A stretch of 64,000 bases of DNA from Isurus oxyrinchus (GCA_026770705.1 JANJGN010000140.1:124001-188000), one strand, 5' to 3'; counted from the stretch's first letter, positions 25,201-40,200 are shown. Made by a program: numbers and translations. The notes: a model not told the origin generated them from the sequence alone.

Positions 25201-26190
25201 CTACTGTCCCATCAAACGCTCCTAGGACAGGTGCAGCATGGGACTAGGCACAGAATTTAAAGCTACCTCTACATTGTCACATTGAACACTCCCAGGGAAG
25301 ATGCAGCATGGGTTAGAGAGAGAGAAACTCCCTCGACACTGTCACCATGAAACATTCCCGCGGCAGGTACAGCAAAGGTTAGATACGCTTGGACACGGTC
25401 TAGTGTAATGCATAAACAAGGCCCACGGCTCCATCAAACAGCCCCAGGACAGGTGTAGCATGGGGCTACATTAATAATGTAAAGTTCCCTCTACATTACC
25501 ACATGAAAATCTCCCAATGCAGGTATAGCACAGGTTAGATTCAGAGTGAATCTCCCTCGACACTGTCACCATCAAACATTTCCAGGACAGGTGCAGCACA
25601 GTTCAGAAACAGGATAAAACTTCCTCTACATTGTCTGCTCAAACACTGTTGAGGCATGTAAGGTTATATGCAGTGTAAGGTTTCCTCTGCACACTTCATC
25701 AGACATTTCCCAGGTAGCTCGACACTGGGGACAGGTAAAGAGGAAAGCTGCCTCTGAATGTCACATCAGGTATTTCCAGGGCTTAGATAGGGGCAAATCC
25801 CCCTCTACAGTGTCTACAGCCATGTCAAATATAGCGTAGTTTAGATGCAGAGTGAAGCTCCCTCTAAACGGCCCTATCAATCAGGTATAGCACAGTTTAG
25901 ATACAGAGTAAATCTCCCTCTACACAGTCGTATCAAACACTCCCAGGGCTGTCACAGTGCAGGTTAGGTGCAAAGTAAAGCTCCCTCTACACTGTCCCAT
26001 CAGACACGCCAAAGGCAGGAACAGCACGGGTTAGATACAGGGAAAGGTCCTTCGGCACGGCCACATCAAATCTACCCTCCTGGCTGCAACACAGGTTAGA
26101 TACAGAGTAAAGTTTCATCTGCAGTTTCCCACCAAGCACTCTCAAGTCAGTGAATGCTCAAAACAGATTTAGAATAAAGTTCCCTCTACG
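25200..26190 (+). repeat. ~67-70 bp tandem repeat
   Basis: 'ttagatacagagtaaagctccctctacactgtcccatcaaacactcccaggacaggtacagcacagg', about 14 degenerate copies; relics also at 8530-8770 and 9400-9530. Confidence 0.8.
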
Positions 26191-27024
26191 GATTATAATC
26201 CATTTCATTTGATCAATTTAGTTTGAAGTGTATGAATCGGGCTGAGAAAATATATTGGCTAGACATTGACTTCATGTTGTGGAGTAAAGACAGTGACCCA
26301 TGGTGGAGAGACAAGACAAAGTACCAGAGAGGAGAGACAGAGAGAGAGAGAGGATACAGGACATCCCTACAAACACATTTGCCATGACATTATATTTCAT
26401 GATCAGTGGGAATCTTACTTAATTCTGAACATAGATATCATCGTGACATAATTCTCATATAACTGATTTTAAAAATGCCCAAAAAAATTGCTACTGAAAT
26501 CGGTTGATGTATTTGCATGTTTGACTCTATTTCTGTGCTGTGTTGATGGGGAAATATTTGCTGTGCTTTTGTGTATCCAGAATCTAATCTGGGACTTCTA
26601 TTTCTGTGTTTATTTACATAAACGCCTCATTGGTTTCAATGAAGTGTTCATGGCAGCAAAACTAGATAAACATAGACACTTATTGATTGGGTTCAACTCA
26701 AAACAAGGGTTTATTTTAAGAATATTGACAGTTGGTACAAAATTACTAGAAACCTTTTCAACATCCATTAGAACAGATGTTATTTATTTCAAATAATTAA
26801 AAATACATTTAAATTAATAATTCAATTCTGAAAGTGCTACTGTCACAATCAATGATGAATATTTGAACAGGCTGGGATTAGACCCAATGTCAATTTGTTG
26901 GAAGATTTAACTGATTAAAAATGGACAATTTAAAACAGCAGCCACAGGAGTGACCTATAATCATATTAATCTCAGAGTTTTCAACATATCACAACCAGCA
27001 TTTTGAAATGTTAACATTTAGGAA

Positions 27025-27280
27025 GAATTTACATTTATAGAACGCAGCTTATGACCCCAGGACATCCTAAAGCCCTTGAAATTCGTTGATGTACATTTGT
27101 TGAAGTTTTGTCACTGCTGTGATATTGGAAATCCATCTGGTGATTTGTGCACAGCAAGCTCCCACGAATAGAGCTGCGAAAAATGATGAGATAATATGTG
27201 ATTTTAGTTGAAGAATGAATACTGGACTAGGATAGTGGGGAGAACATTCCTGCTCTATAGATTGGTACTAAGGGAGATGT
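27025..27280 (-). mobile_element. DeuSINE (SacSINE1-like) fragment
   Basis: 'gcacagcaagctcccac' and 'caggacatcctaaagc' match the Deu-domain SINE as recalled; paralogous to 56630-56930. Confidence 0.55.
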
Positions 27281-27992
27281 TGCACCTGTCATCGGCCTGA
27301 ACATTTGACCTGTCCCTCTCTCTATTGATGCCCACTAACCTGCTGAGTGGTTATTTTTTGCCCTGCCTTAGATTTCCCAAACCTGCAGTATTTTGCAGTG
27401 TTTTAATTCGTTCTTGGGATATGGCGTCAATGATGAAGTAATTCTTGCACTTGGCCCTGTCTCAGTTTATTCTAGTCCAGACCATATATCAGGAATCACT
27501 GCACTAGACACTGTCTCAGTTTATATTAATTTAGACCCTGTATCATTAATCGCTGCAGTGGACCCTGTCTCAGTTTACATTAATCTAGACCCTGTGTCAG
27601 TCATCTCTGCACTGGACATTGTCTGAGTTTATATTAATCTACACCCTGCATCAGTAACCACTGCACTAGGCCCTGTCTCTGTTTATATTAATCTTGACCC
27701 TGTATTAGTAATGACTGCTCTAGGCCCTGATTCAGTTTATATTAGTCCAGACCTTCTAACAGTAATCATTGGAAAGGACACTGCCTCAGTTGATATTGAT
27801 CCTGATCCTGTATCATTAATTCCTGCACTAGCCTCTGTCCTAGTTTATAATAATTTCGTCCCTGTGTCAGTAATCACAGCACTCGGCCCTGTCACAGTTT
27901 GTATTAATCTAGATTCTGTGCCAGTAATCACTGCACGAGATGCTGTTTCCCTTGATATTGATCTAGACCTGTATCAGTAATCAGTTTATATT

Positions 27993-29066
27993 ATCACAGA
28001 ATCACACAGTGCAGAAGAGGCCCTTTGGCCCATTGAGTCTGCACCGACACGTGAAAAACACCTGACCTACCTGCCTAATCCCATTTATCAGCACTTGGCC
28101 CATTGCCTTGAATGTTATGACGTGCCAAGTGCTCATCCAAGTACTTTTTAAAGGATGTAAAGCAACCCACCTCCACCACCCTCCCAGGCAGTGCATTCCA
28201 GACCATCACCACCCTCTGGGTAAAAAAGTTTTTCTTCAAAATCCCCCTAAACCTCCTGCCCCTCACCTTGAACATATGTCTTCTTGTGACTGACCCTTCA
28301 ACTAAGGTCAACAGCTGCTCCCTATTCACCCTGTCCACACCCCTCAGAATCTTGTACACCTCAATCAGGTCTCCCCTCAGTCTTCTCTGCTCCAATGAAA
28401 ACAACCCAAGTCTATCTAACCTCTCTTCATAACTTAAATGTTTCATACCAGGCAACATCCTGGTGAATCTCCTCTGCACCCTCTTCAGTGCATCACATCC
28501 TTCCTATAATGTGGCGACCAGAACTGCATATGGTACTCAAGCTGTGACCTCACCAAGGTTCCATACAAGTCTAATATGGCCTTCCTACTTTTGTAATCTA
28601 TGCCTCGATTGATAAAATCAAGTGTCCCATATGCCTTTTTCACCACCCCACTAAGATGCCCCTCCGCCTTCAGAGACCTATGGACACACACGCCAAGGTC
28701 CCTTTGTTCCTCAGAACTTCCTAGTGTCATCCCATTCATAGTCAAATTACTCCTTCCAAGGTGTATCACCTCGCACTTTTCAGTGCTACATTCCATTTGC
28801 CACTTATCTGCCCATTTGACCATTCCATCTATATCTTCCTGTAGCCCAAAACACACAACATCACTGTTAACCAACTGGCTAATCTCTGTATCCTCCACAA
28901 ACTTACTAATCCTACCCCACATGTAGGCATCTACTTTCATTTATATAAATAACAAATAATCGGGGACCCAGCACAGATCCCTGTGGTACACCACTGGACA
29001 CTGTCTTCCAGTCACTAAAGCGTCTTTCTGTCATCACCCTCTGTCTCCTACAACTAAGCCAATTTT
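27993..29066 (-). mobile_element. CR1-type LINE 3' 1.07 kb
   Basis: QRRFTRMLPGMKHLSYEERLDRLGLFSLEQRRLRGDLIEVYKI; GISKFVEDT-like RT region. Confidence 0.92.
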
Positions 29067-32000
29067 AGAATTATATTCTTCCCTGCCTCAGATTTTATCA
29101 ATCTAGACCCTGTATCTGTAATCACCGTACTAGACCTTGTCTTCCTTACATTACCTTAGAGCATCAGTAATCACTGCACTATGCCCTGCCACAGTTTATA
29201 TTGAGCTAGACCATGTATCAGTAGTCTCTGCACTAGATCTGTCTCAGAATATAATAATCTAGATCCTGTATCTGTAATCTCTGTACTTGAGGCTCTCTCA
29301 GTTTATACTAATCTCGACCCTGTAATGTTACTTACTGCACTAGGCCCTGTCTCAGTTTTTATCAATCAAGACCCTGGATCAGTAATCACTGCAACAGACC
29401 CTGTCTCAGTTTATATTGATCTAGACCCCACATTAGTTATCTCTGCACTAAACTCTGTCTCACTTTACATTAGCCTAGTCCCTTTATCAGTAATCACTGC
29501 ACTAGATCCAGCCTCAGTTTATATTAATTTAGTCCCTGCAGCAGTCATCACTGCAAGAGCTCCTGTCTCAGTTGTATTTATCTAGGCCCTGTACCAGTGA
29601 ACATTTCACCAGGCTCTGTCTCAGTTTATGTTGATTCAGACCCTGCATCAGTAATTACTGCACAAGAGCCTGTCTCAGTTTATATTAACCAAGACCCTGT
29701 TTCAGTAAACATTGCACTCGACCCTGTTCTGGTATTAATAATTTGCACCCTGAACCTAAAAGCACTGCACTGGACTGTTTCTCAGTTTATATTAATCTAA
29801 AGCCTGTACCTGTAATCATTGCACTAGGCCCTGTCCCATTTTATATGCATCCAATCCTGTTACACAACTCACAGCACCAGGCCTTGTCTCAGTTTATATC
29901 AATCTAGACCCTATACCAGTAATCACTACACTAAACGCAAGTCATTTTATATCAATTTGGACCTTATACCAGTAATCACTGCACTTGAACCTCTCTGAGT
30001 TTATATTAATCTCGGCGCTTTATCAGTAATCCCTGCACGATGTCCTGCCTCAGGTTTTTTTTTATCAATCTAGACCCTGTATCAGTTATCACTGCCTCAT
30101 CCCAGTTATATTTATCTAGGCCCTATATCAATTAACACTTCACCAGGTCCTTTCTCAGTTTATGTTAGTCCAGACCTTGTATCAGTAATTACTGTACAAG
30201 AGCCTGTCTCAGTTTATATTAATCAAGCCCCTTTTTCAGTAATCACTGCACTTGTCACTGTTCTGGTTATAATAAACTGCACACTGAATCTATAATCACT
30301 GCAGTTGGCCCACTCTCAGTTTCTATTAACCTAGACCCTGTATCAGTAATCACTGCAGTAGGCCCTGCCTCAGTTCATATTTATCTTGGCCCTGTATCAG
30401 TAATCACTGCATTGGACATTGTCAGAGTTTATATTGATTGAGACCCTGTATCAGTAATTACTGCACAAGAACCTGTCTCAGTTTATATTAAGCTAGATCC
30501 TGTGCTTGTAATCACTACACTAGAGCATGCCTCAGTTTACATTAATCTAGATCCTGTATCAGTAATCACTGCACTCAACATTGTCTGAGTTATGCTGATT
30601 GAGACACTGTATTAATAAACACTGTGCTAGACCCTGTCTCAGTTTATATTAATCTAGATCCTGTATCAGTCATCACTGCACTATGGCCTGCCTCAGTTTA
30701 AATTAGTCCAGACCATCTATCAGTAATAATTGCAATAAGCCCCGTCTCAGGTTATATTAATCTAGATCTTGTATCAGTAATGACTGCACGAGGCCCTGTC
30801 TCACTTTATATTAATCCAGACCCTGTATCAGTAATCGCTGCACTTGGACCTATCTCAGTTTATATTGATTGGGACACTGTATCAGTAATTACAGCAATAT
30901 GGCCTACCTCAGTCTATATCAATTTAGACCCTCTATCAGTAATCACTGGACTTGGCGCTCTCTCTGTTTCTATTAATCTAGACCCTGTATCAATTATCAC
31001 TGCATGTGGCCCTGCCTCAGTTTATATTAATCTAGGCTCTGCATCGGTAATCGCTGCACTGGGCATTGTCTAAGTTCATATTGATTGAGACCATGTGTCA
31101 GTAATCAATGCACTCGGCCCTGCCACAGTTTATATTAAGCTAGATGCTGTACAATATGCCAGGCGTCATTTTGTTTATCAATCTAGGCCCTGTATCGGTA
31201 ATCACTGCACTAGGCCCTATCTCAGTTTACATTAATTTAGTCCCTGCAGCAGTAATCACTGCCCGAGCCCCTGTCCCAGTTATATTTATCTGGGCCCTGT
31301 GTCAGTGAACACTGCACCAGGCCCTGTCTCAGGTTATGTTAGTTCAGACCGTGTATCAGTAATTACTGTACAAGAGCCTGTCTCAGTTTATATTAATCAA
31401 GGCCCTGTTTCAGTAATCATTGCACTTGGCCCTGTTCTGGTTATAATAATCTGCACCCTGAATCTATAATCATTGCACTTGGCCCTCTCTCAGTTTCTAT
31501 TAACCTAGACCCTGTACCAGTAATCACTGCAATATGCCCTCAGTTTATGTCAATCTCAACCCTGTATCAGCAATTACTGCAATTTTCCCTACTTTAGTTT
31601 ATATCAATCTAGACCCTAAATCAGTAATTGCTGCACTAGGCCATGCCTCAGTTCATATTAATCAAGACCATGTATCAGTAATCACTGCACTAATCACTAT
31701 CTCAGTTTTATTTTTATCAAGACCTAGGATCAGTAATCACTGCCCTAGACACTGTCTCATTTTATACTGATGTACACCCCGTAACTGTAATCGCTTCAAT
31801 GGACACTGTCTCAGTTTATATTGACCCTGATCCTGTATCATTAATCACTGCACTATCCCCTGTCCTAGTTTATGTTAATCTAGTCCCTGTGTCAGTAATC
31901 ACTGCAATATGGCCTGCCTCAGTTCATATTAATCTAGACCCTAAATCAGTAACCGCTGCATTGAGTCCTGACTCAGTTCATATTAATTTAGACCATACAT

Positions 32001-33700
32001 CAGTAATCAGTGCAATGGACACTGTCTCAGTTTATATTGATTTGATCCTGCATCATTAATCAATGCAATAGCCTCTGTCCTACTTTATATTCACCTCGAC
32101 CCTGCATCAGTAATCACTGCACTATGCCCTGCCTCCATTTTTATCATCTAGACCCTGTATTAGTAATCAGTGCACTAGTCTCATTTTATATTAATCTAGA
32201 CCCTGTATCAATAATCACTGCACTGGACACTGTCTCAGTTTATATTGATCCAGACTGTATCAGTAATTCTGGCATTAGAGCCTGTCTCATTTTATATAAA
32301 TTAAACACTCTATAATAATCAGTGCAATAAACACCCTCACTTTACATTGTTCTAGACCCAGTATCAGTAATCACTGCACTAGCCGCTGTCCTCGATTTTA
32401 TTTATCTTGGCCCTGCAACACTAGTCACTGCACTATGGCCTGCCTTAGTTTATATCAATCCAGGTCCTGTATCAGTAATAACTTCGCTGGACCCTGTCTC
32501 CATTTATATGAGTCCAGACCCTGTACCAGTAATCACTGCACTGGCCCTTATCCCAGTATATATTTATGTCAACCGTGTATCAGTAATCAATGCACTTGTC
32601 CCTGTCTCTGTTTATATGGATCTGGACGCTGTGCCAGTAATCACTGCACTAGACCCAGCATCAGTTTACATCAATCCATATCCTGTATCAGTAATCACTG
32701 CACTAGACCTTATCTCAGTTTAGATGAGTCCAGAACCTGTATTAGTAATGACAGTTCTAGAGAATGCCTCCACTTATTTTAGTCCAGACACTGTAACAGT
32801 AATCACTGCATTAGCTCCTGTCCCAGTTTACACTTATCTAGACCATGGATCAGTAATCACTGCACAATGCCCTGTCTCAGTTTCTGTCAAGCTAGAGCCT
32901 GTATCAGGAATCACTGCACTAGACCCCTTCTCAGTTTATATTAATCAAGACCCTGTATCAGTAATCACTCTACTGGACACTGCCTCAGTTTATATTGATC
33001 TAGACCATGTATCAGTAATCACTGCACTAGGCCCTGTCTCAGTTTATATTCGCCCTAGAGCCTTGTTCAGTAATTACTGCAATATGGCCTGCCTCAGTTC
33101 ATATTAATTTAGACCATGTATCAGTAATTACTTCAATGGACACTGTCTCAGTTTATATTGACCCTGATCCTGTATCATTAATCAATGCACTAGCCTCTGT
33201 CCTGCTTTATATTTACCTTGGCCCTGCATCAGTAATCACTGCACTAGGCTCTGTCTCAGTTTACATTAATCTACACCCTGTATCAGTAATCACTGCACTA
33301 TGCCCTGCCTCTGTTTTTATCGTCTAGACCCTGTATCAGTAATCATCACACTTGGGTCTGTCTCAGTTTATATTAATCGAGACCCTGTTTCAGTAATCAC
33401 TGCACTGGACACTGTCTCAGTTTATATTGATCCAGACCCTGTATCAGCAATCACTGCAGTAGGCCCAGTCTCAGTTTATATTTGTCTCGGCCCTGTATCA
33501 ATAATCTCTGCACTGGACATTGTCTGAGTTTATATTAATTTTGACCCTACTTCAGTTTTCATTGCACTGGACCCTGTCTCAGATTCTATTAATCTAGACC
33601 CTGTATAGTAATGACTGCACTGGACATTGTCTGAATTTATATTGATCAGGACCATGTATCTGTAAATACTGCACTAGAATCTGTCTCAGTTTCTATTAAT

Positions 33701-33845
33701 CTAGTCATCTATGTCATTTATATAAATGACAAATAATAGGGGACCCAGCACAGATCCCTGTGCTACGCCACTGGACACTGGCTTCCAGTAACTAAAGCAT
33801 CCTTCTGTCATCATCCTCTGTCTCCTACAACAAAGCCAATTTTTG
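33701..33845 (-). mobile_element. Duplicated 5' junction fragment of the 27993-29066 CR1
   Basis: Matches 28925-29066, including the junction into the satellite ('gccaattt..gaattatattct'). Confidence 0.85.
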
Positions 33846-34424
33846 AATTATATTCTGCCCTGCCTCAGTTTTTATCAATCTAGACGCTGTATCAGTAATC
33901 ACCATACTCGGCCTTGTCTCAGTTTACATTAATTTAGAGCCTGCATCAGTAATCACTGCACTGTGCCCTCCGCAGTTTATATTAATCAAGACCCCGTGTC
34001 AGTAATCACTGCACTGGACACTGTCTCAATTTATATTGAGCTAGGCCATTTATCAGTCATCTCTACACTAGACCTGTCTCAGATTATATTAATCTAGACC
34101 CTGTATCTGTAATCTCTGTACTTGAGGCTGTCTCAGTTGATATTAATCTAGTCCCTGTAACATTAATCACTGCACTAGGCCCTTTCTCAATTTTTATTAA
34201 TCAAGACCCTGCATCAGTATTCACTGCAGTAGAAACTGTCTCAGTTGATATTGATCTAGACCCTGTCTCAGTTTATATTGATCTTGGTCCCACATCTGTT
34301 ATCTCTGCACTAGACTCTGTCTCACTTTATATTAATTTAGTCCCTGCAGCAGTCATCACTGCAAGAGCTCCTGTCCCAGTTATATTTATCTAGGCCCTGT
34401 ATCAATGAACACTTCACATTTTAT

Positions 34425-37254
34425 AAAGACAAAACAAAACTGCGGATGCTGGAAATCCAAAACAAAAACAGAATTACCTGGAAAAACTCAGCAGGTCTGG
34501 CAGCATCGGCGGAGAAGAAAAGAGTTGACGTTTCGAGTCTTCATGACCCTTCGACAGAACTTGATTTCGAGTCCAGGAAAGAGTTGAAATATAAGCTGGT
34601 TTAAGGTGTGTGGGGGGGGGGGAGGGGGTGCGGAGAGAGAGAGAGAGAGACAGAGGTGCTTGTGTAGACAAACAAGCAGTGATAGAAGCAGATCATCAAA
34701 AGATGTCAGTGACAATGGGACAAAAGAACGCATAGGTGTTAAAGTTAAAGTTGGTGATATTATCTAAACGAATGTGCTAATTAAGAATGGATGGTAGGGC
34801 ACTCAAGGTACAGCTCTAGTGGGGGTGGGGGGAGCATAAAAGATTTTAAAATATTTAAAAATAATGGAAATAGGTGGGAAAAGAAAAATCTATAAAATTT
34901 ATAGGGAAAAAAAAGGGGAAAAAAAGGGGGAAACAGAAAGGGGGTGGGGATAGGGGAGGGAGCTCACAACCTAAAGTTATTGAATTCAATATTCAGACCG
35001 GAAGGCTGTAAGGTGCCTAGTCGGAAGTCTACCTCGCGGAGGCTGAGCGTCAACTCGCAGACACTTCCTCCTACCTCTCCCTGGACCATGACCCCACCAC
35101 TGAACATCAAGCCATTGTTTCCAGGACTGTCACTGACCTCATCTCCTCTGGGGATCTCCCTCCCACAGCTTCCAACCTGATAGTCGCCCAACCTCGGACG
35201 GCCCGCTTCTATCTCCTACCTAAAATCCACAAACAGAACTGCCCCGGGAGACCGATCGTCTCAGCTTGCTCCTGCCCCACAGAACTCATTTCTCGTTATC
35301 TTGACTCCCTTCTCTCTCCCCTTGTCCAGTCCCTTCCCACCTACATCCGTGATTCCTCTGACACCTTACGTCACATCAACAATTTCCAGTTCCCTGGCTC
35401 CAACCGCTTCCTCTTCACCATGGACGTCCAATCCCTCTACACCTCCATCCCCCACCAGGATGGTCTGAGGGCCCTTAGCTTCTTCCTCGAACAGAGGCCC
35501 GAACAATCCCCATCCACCACTACTCTCCTCCGTCTGGCTGAACTTGTTCTCACGTTGAACAATTTCTCCTTCAACTCCTCTCACTTCCTCCAAATAAAAG
35601 GTGTGGCTATGGGTACCCGCATGGGCCCCAGCTATGCCTGTATCTCTATGGGGTATGTGGAACATTCCTTGTTGCAGTCCTACCCCGGCCCCCTTCCACA
35701 ACTTTTTCTCCGGTACATCGATTATTACTTCGGTGCCGCTTCATGCTCTCGTCGGGACTTGGAAAAATTTATTAATTTTGCTTCCAATCTCCACCCCTCC
35801 ATCATTTTCACGTGGTCCATCTCTGACACTTCCCTTCCCTTCCTTGACCTCTCTGTCTCAATCTCTGGTGATAGACTGTCCACTAATATCCATTACAAAC
35901 CCACCGACTCCCACAGCTACCTCGACTACAGCTCCTCACACCCCGCTTCCTGTAAGGACTCCATCCCATTCTCCCAGTTCCTTCGCCTTCGTTGCATCTG
36001 TTCCGATGATGCTACCTTCAAAAACGGTTCCTCTGACATGTCCTCCTTCTTCCTTAACCGAGGTTTTCCACCGACGGTCGTTGACAGGGCCCTCAACCGT
36101 GTCCGGCCCATCTCCCGCGCATCCGCCCTCACGCCTTCTCCTCCCTCCCAGAAACATGATAGGGTCCCCCTTGTCCTCACTTATCACCCCACCAGCCTCC
36201 GCATTCAAAGGATCATCCTCCGCCATTTCCGCCAACTCCAGCATGATGCCACCACCAAACACATCTTCCCTTCACCCCCCTTATCGGCATTCCGTAGGGA
36301 TCGCTCCCTCCGGGACACCCTGGTCCACTCCTCCATCACCCCCTACTCCTCAACCCCCTCCTATGGCACCACCCCATGCCCACGCAAAAGATGTAACACC
36401 TGCCCCTTCACTTTCTCTCTCCTCACCGTCCAAGGGCCCAAACACTCCTTTCAAGTGAAGCAGCATTTCACTTGCATTTCCCCCAACTTAGTCTACTGCA
36501 TTCGTTGCTCCCAATGTGGTCTCCTCTACATTGGAGAGACCAAACGTAAACTGGGCGACCGCTTTGCAGAACACCTGCGGTCTGTCCGCAAGAATGACCC
36601 AAACCTCCCTGTCGCTTGCCATTTTAACACTCCACCCTGCTCTCTTGCCCACATGTCTGTCCTTGGCTTACTGCATTGTTCCAGTGAAGCCCAACGCAAA
36701 CTGGAGGAACAACACCTCATCTTCCGACTAGGCACCTTACAGCCTTCCGGTCTGAATATTGAATTCAATAACTTTAGGTCGTGAGCTCCCTCCCCTATCC
36801 CCACCCCCTTTCTGTTTCCCCCTTTTTTTCCCCTTTTTTTTCCCTATAAATTTTATAGATTTTTCTTTTCCCACCTATTTCCATTATTTTTAAATATTTT
36901 AAAATCTTTTATGCTCCCCCCACCCCCACTAGAGCTGTACCTTGAGTGCCCTACCATCCATTCTTAATTAGCACATTCGTTTAGATAATATCACCAACTT
37001 TAACTTTAACACCTATGTGTTCTTTTGTCCCATTGTCACTGACATCTTTTGATGATCTGCTTCTATCACTGCTTGTTTGTCTACACAAGCACCTCTGTCT
37101 CTCTCTCTCTCTCTCCGCACCCCCCCCCCCCACACACCTTAAACCAGCTTATATTTCAACTCTTTCCTGGACTCGAAATCAAGTTCTGTCGAAGGGTCAT
37201 GAAGACTCGAAACGTCAACTCTTTTCTTCTCCGCCGATGCTGCCAGACCTGCTG
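34425..37254 (+). mobile_element. Young Penelope-like retroelement, 5'-truncated, with an inverted 3' copy and a 14-bp TSD
   Basis: ACTTCACATTTTAT at 34411-34424 and 37255-37268; about 34490-35027 is the reverse complement of 36721-37254. Confidence 0.93.
35030..36784 (+). pseudogene. PLE reverse transcriptase + GIY-YIG endonuclease ORF (5'-truncated; YIDD changed to YIDY)
   Basis: Open from 35030: FYLLPKIHK..PGRPIVS, MDVQSLYTSIP, GVAMGTRMGPSYA, RYIDYYFG, LPFLDL, NLVYCIRCSQCGLLYIGET. Confidence 0.92.
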
Positions 37255-40200
37255 ACTTCACATTTTATGTTGGTTCAGACCGTGTATCAGTAATTACTGC
37301 ACAAAAGCCTGTCTCAGTTTATATTAATCAAGACCCTGTTTCAGTAATCACTGCACTCAACCCTGTTCTGGTAATAATAATTTGCAACCTGAACCTAAAA
37401 ACACTGCACTGGGCTGTTTCTCAGGTTCAATTAATCTGGACCCTGTATCAGTAATCACTGCACTAGACCCTGTTCCATTTTATATGCATCCAACCCTGTA
37501 ACACAAATCATGGCCCTCGGCCTTGTCTCAGTGTATATCAATCTAGGCCCTGTATCAGTAATCACTGCACTAGACCCTACGTCATTTTATATCAATTTGG
37601 ACTCTATATCAGCAATCACTGCACTTGAGCCTCTCTGAGTGTATATTAATGTCGGCCCGGTATCAGTAATCCCTGCACCATGCCCTGCCTCAGCTTTTTT
37701 TATGAATCTAGACCCTGTTTCAGTTATCCCTGAACTAGGCCCCATCTCAATATCTATATTAACCTAGACCCTGTATCAGTAATCACTGCCCGAGTCCCTG
37801 TGCCAGTTATATTTATCTAGGCCCTGTATCAATGAACGCATCACCAGGCCCTGTCTCAGTTTATGTTAGTTCAGACCATGGGTCAGTAATTACTGCACAA
37901 GAGCCTGTCTCAGTTTATATTAATCAAGACACTGTTTCAGTAATCACTGCACTTGTCTCTGTTCTGGTTATTATAATCTGCACCCTGAATCTATAATCAC
38001 TGCACTTGGCCCTCTCTCAGTTTCTGTTAACCTAGACCCTGTATCAGTAATCACTGCAGTAGGCCCTGCCTCAATTTATATTTATCTTGGACCTGTATCA
38101 GTAATCGCTGCATTGGACATTATCTGAGTTTATATTGATTGAGACCCTGTATCAATAATTACTGCACAAGAACCTGTCTCAGTTTATATTAAGCTAGATC
38201 CTGTGTCTGTAATCACTGCATGAGAGCATACCTCAGTTTTTATAAATCTAGATCCTATATCAGTAATCAGTGCACTCGGCATTGTCTGAGTTTATATTGA
38301 TTGAAACCCTGTATCAGTAAACACTGGACTAGACCCTGTCTCAGTTTATATTAATTTAGATCCTGTATCAGTAATGACTGCACTTGGCCCTGACTCAGTT
38401 TATATTAAACCAGGCCCTGTATCAGTAATCACAGCACATGGAGCGATCTCAGTTTATATTGATCTGGACACTGTATCAGTTATCAATGCACTAGACCTTG
38501 CCTCAGTTTATATTAATCCAGGCTCTGTGTCAGTACTCACTGCACTGGACATTGTCTGAGTTAATATTGATTCAGACCATGTGTCAGTAATCACTGCACT
38601 GGGTCATGTCTCAGTATATATTGATCCTGATTCTATATCGGTAAGCATCACACCAGACCATGTCTCAATTTAGATTAATCTCGATCCTGTATCAGTAATC
38701 CCTGCACTATGCCCTGCCTCAGTTTATATCAATCAAGACCCTGTATCAGTAATCCCTGCACTAGGCCCTGTCTCAGTTTATATTAGTCCAGAGCCTCTAT
38801 CAGTAATCACTGCACTAGGCCCTTTCTCCATTGATATTGATCTAGATCTTGAATCAGTAATCACTGTGAAGGACACTGTCTCAGTTTATATTGATCCAGA
38901 TCCCATATCGTTAATCACTGCACTAGCCCTTGTCCTGGCTTATATTTATCTAGGCCCTGTCTCAGTTTATATTAATCTGTACCCTGTATCAGCAATCACT
39001 GCACTATGTCCTGCCTCAGTTTTTTTAAAATCAGTCTAGACCCTGTATCAGTAATCACTGCACTAGGCCCTATCAAAGTTTATATTAATTTAGCCCCTGC
39101 AGCAGTAATCACTGCCCGAGCCCCTGTCCCAGTTATATTTATCTGGGCCCTGTGTCAGTGAACAGTGTACCAGGCCCTGTCTCAGGTTATGTTATTTCAG
39201 ACCAAGCATCAGCGATTACTGTACAAGAGCCTGACTCAGTTTATATTAATCAAGGCCCTGTTTCAGTAATCACTGCTCTCGTCCCTGTTCTGGTTATAAT
39301 AATCTGCACCCTGAATCTATAATCACTGCACTTTTCCCTCTCTCAGTTGCTATTAACCTGGACCCTGCATCAGTAATCAAGTTAATATGTCCTGTCTTAG
39401 TTTATATCAATCTAGACCCTAAATCAGTAATCGCTGCACTAGGCTATGCCTCAGTTCATATTAATCTGGACCATGTATCAGTAATCACTGCACTAGACAC
39501 GATCTTAATTTTATATTTATCAAGATCTTGGATCAGTCATCACTGCACTAGACACTGTCTCATGTTATATTAATCCAGACCCTGCATCATTAATCACTGC
39601 ACTGGACCTTATCTCAGTTTATACTGATGTACGTTCTGTAACCGTAATTACTTCAAAGGACACTGTCTCAGTTTATATTGATCCTCATCCTGTATCATTA
39701 ATCACTGCACTAGCCCCTGACCTAGTTTATATTAGTCTCGTCCCTGTGTCGGTAATCACTGCACTAGGCCCTGACTTAGTTTATATCAACCTAGACCTTC
39801 TATTAGTAATCACTGCACTAGGCCCTGTCTCAGTTTACATTGATCTAGACTCTGAATAAGTAATCACTGCACTATGGCCTGCCTCAGTTTATATTAATCT
39901 GTGCCTAAATCAGTAATCGCTGCACTAGGCCCTGCCTCAGTTCATATTAATTTAGGCCACGTATCAGTAATCATTGCAATGGGCACTGCCTCAGTTTATA
40001 CTGATCCTGATCCTGTATCATTAATCACTGCACTAGCCTCTATCCTGCTTTATATTTACCTCGGCCCTGTATCAGTAATCACTGCACTAGGCTCTGTCAC
40101 AGTTTATATTAATCTAGACCCTGTATCAGTAATCTCTGCACAATGCCCTGCCTCAGTCTTTATCATCTGGACCGTGCATCAGTCATGATTGCACTAGGCT

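Noticed and set aside
26511-26518. Perfect octamer ATTTGCAT
   Set aside because: Isolated and far from any V promoter; expected by chance in 64 kb
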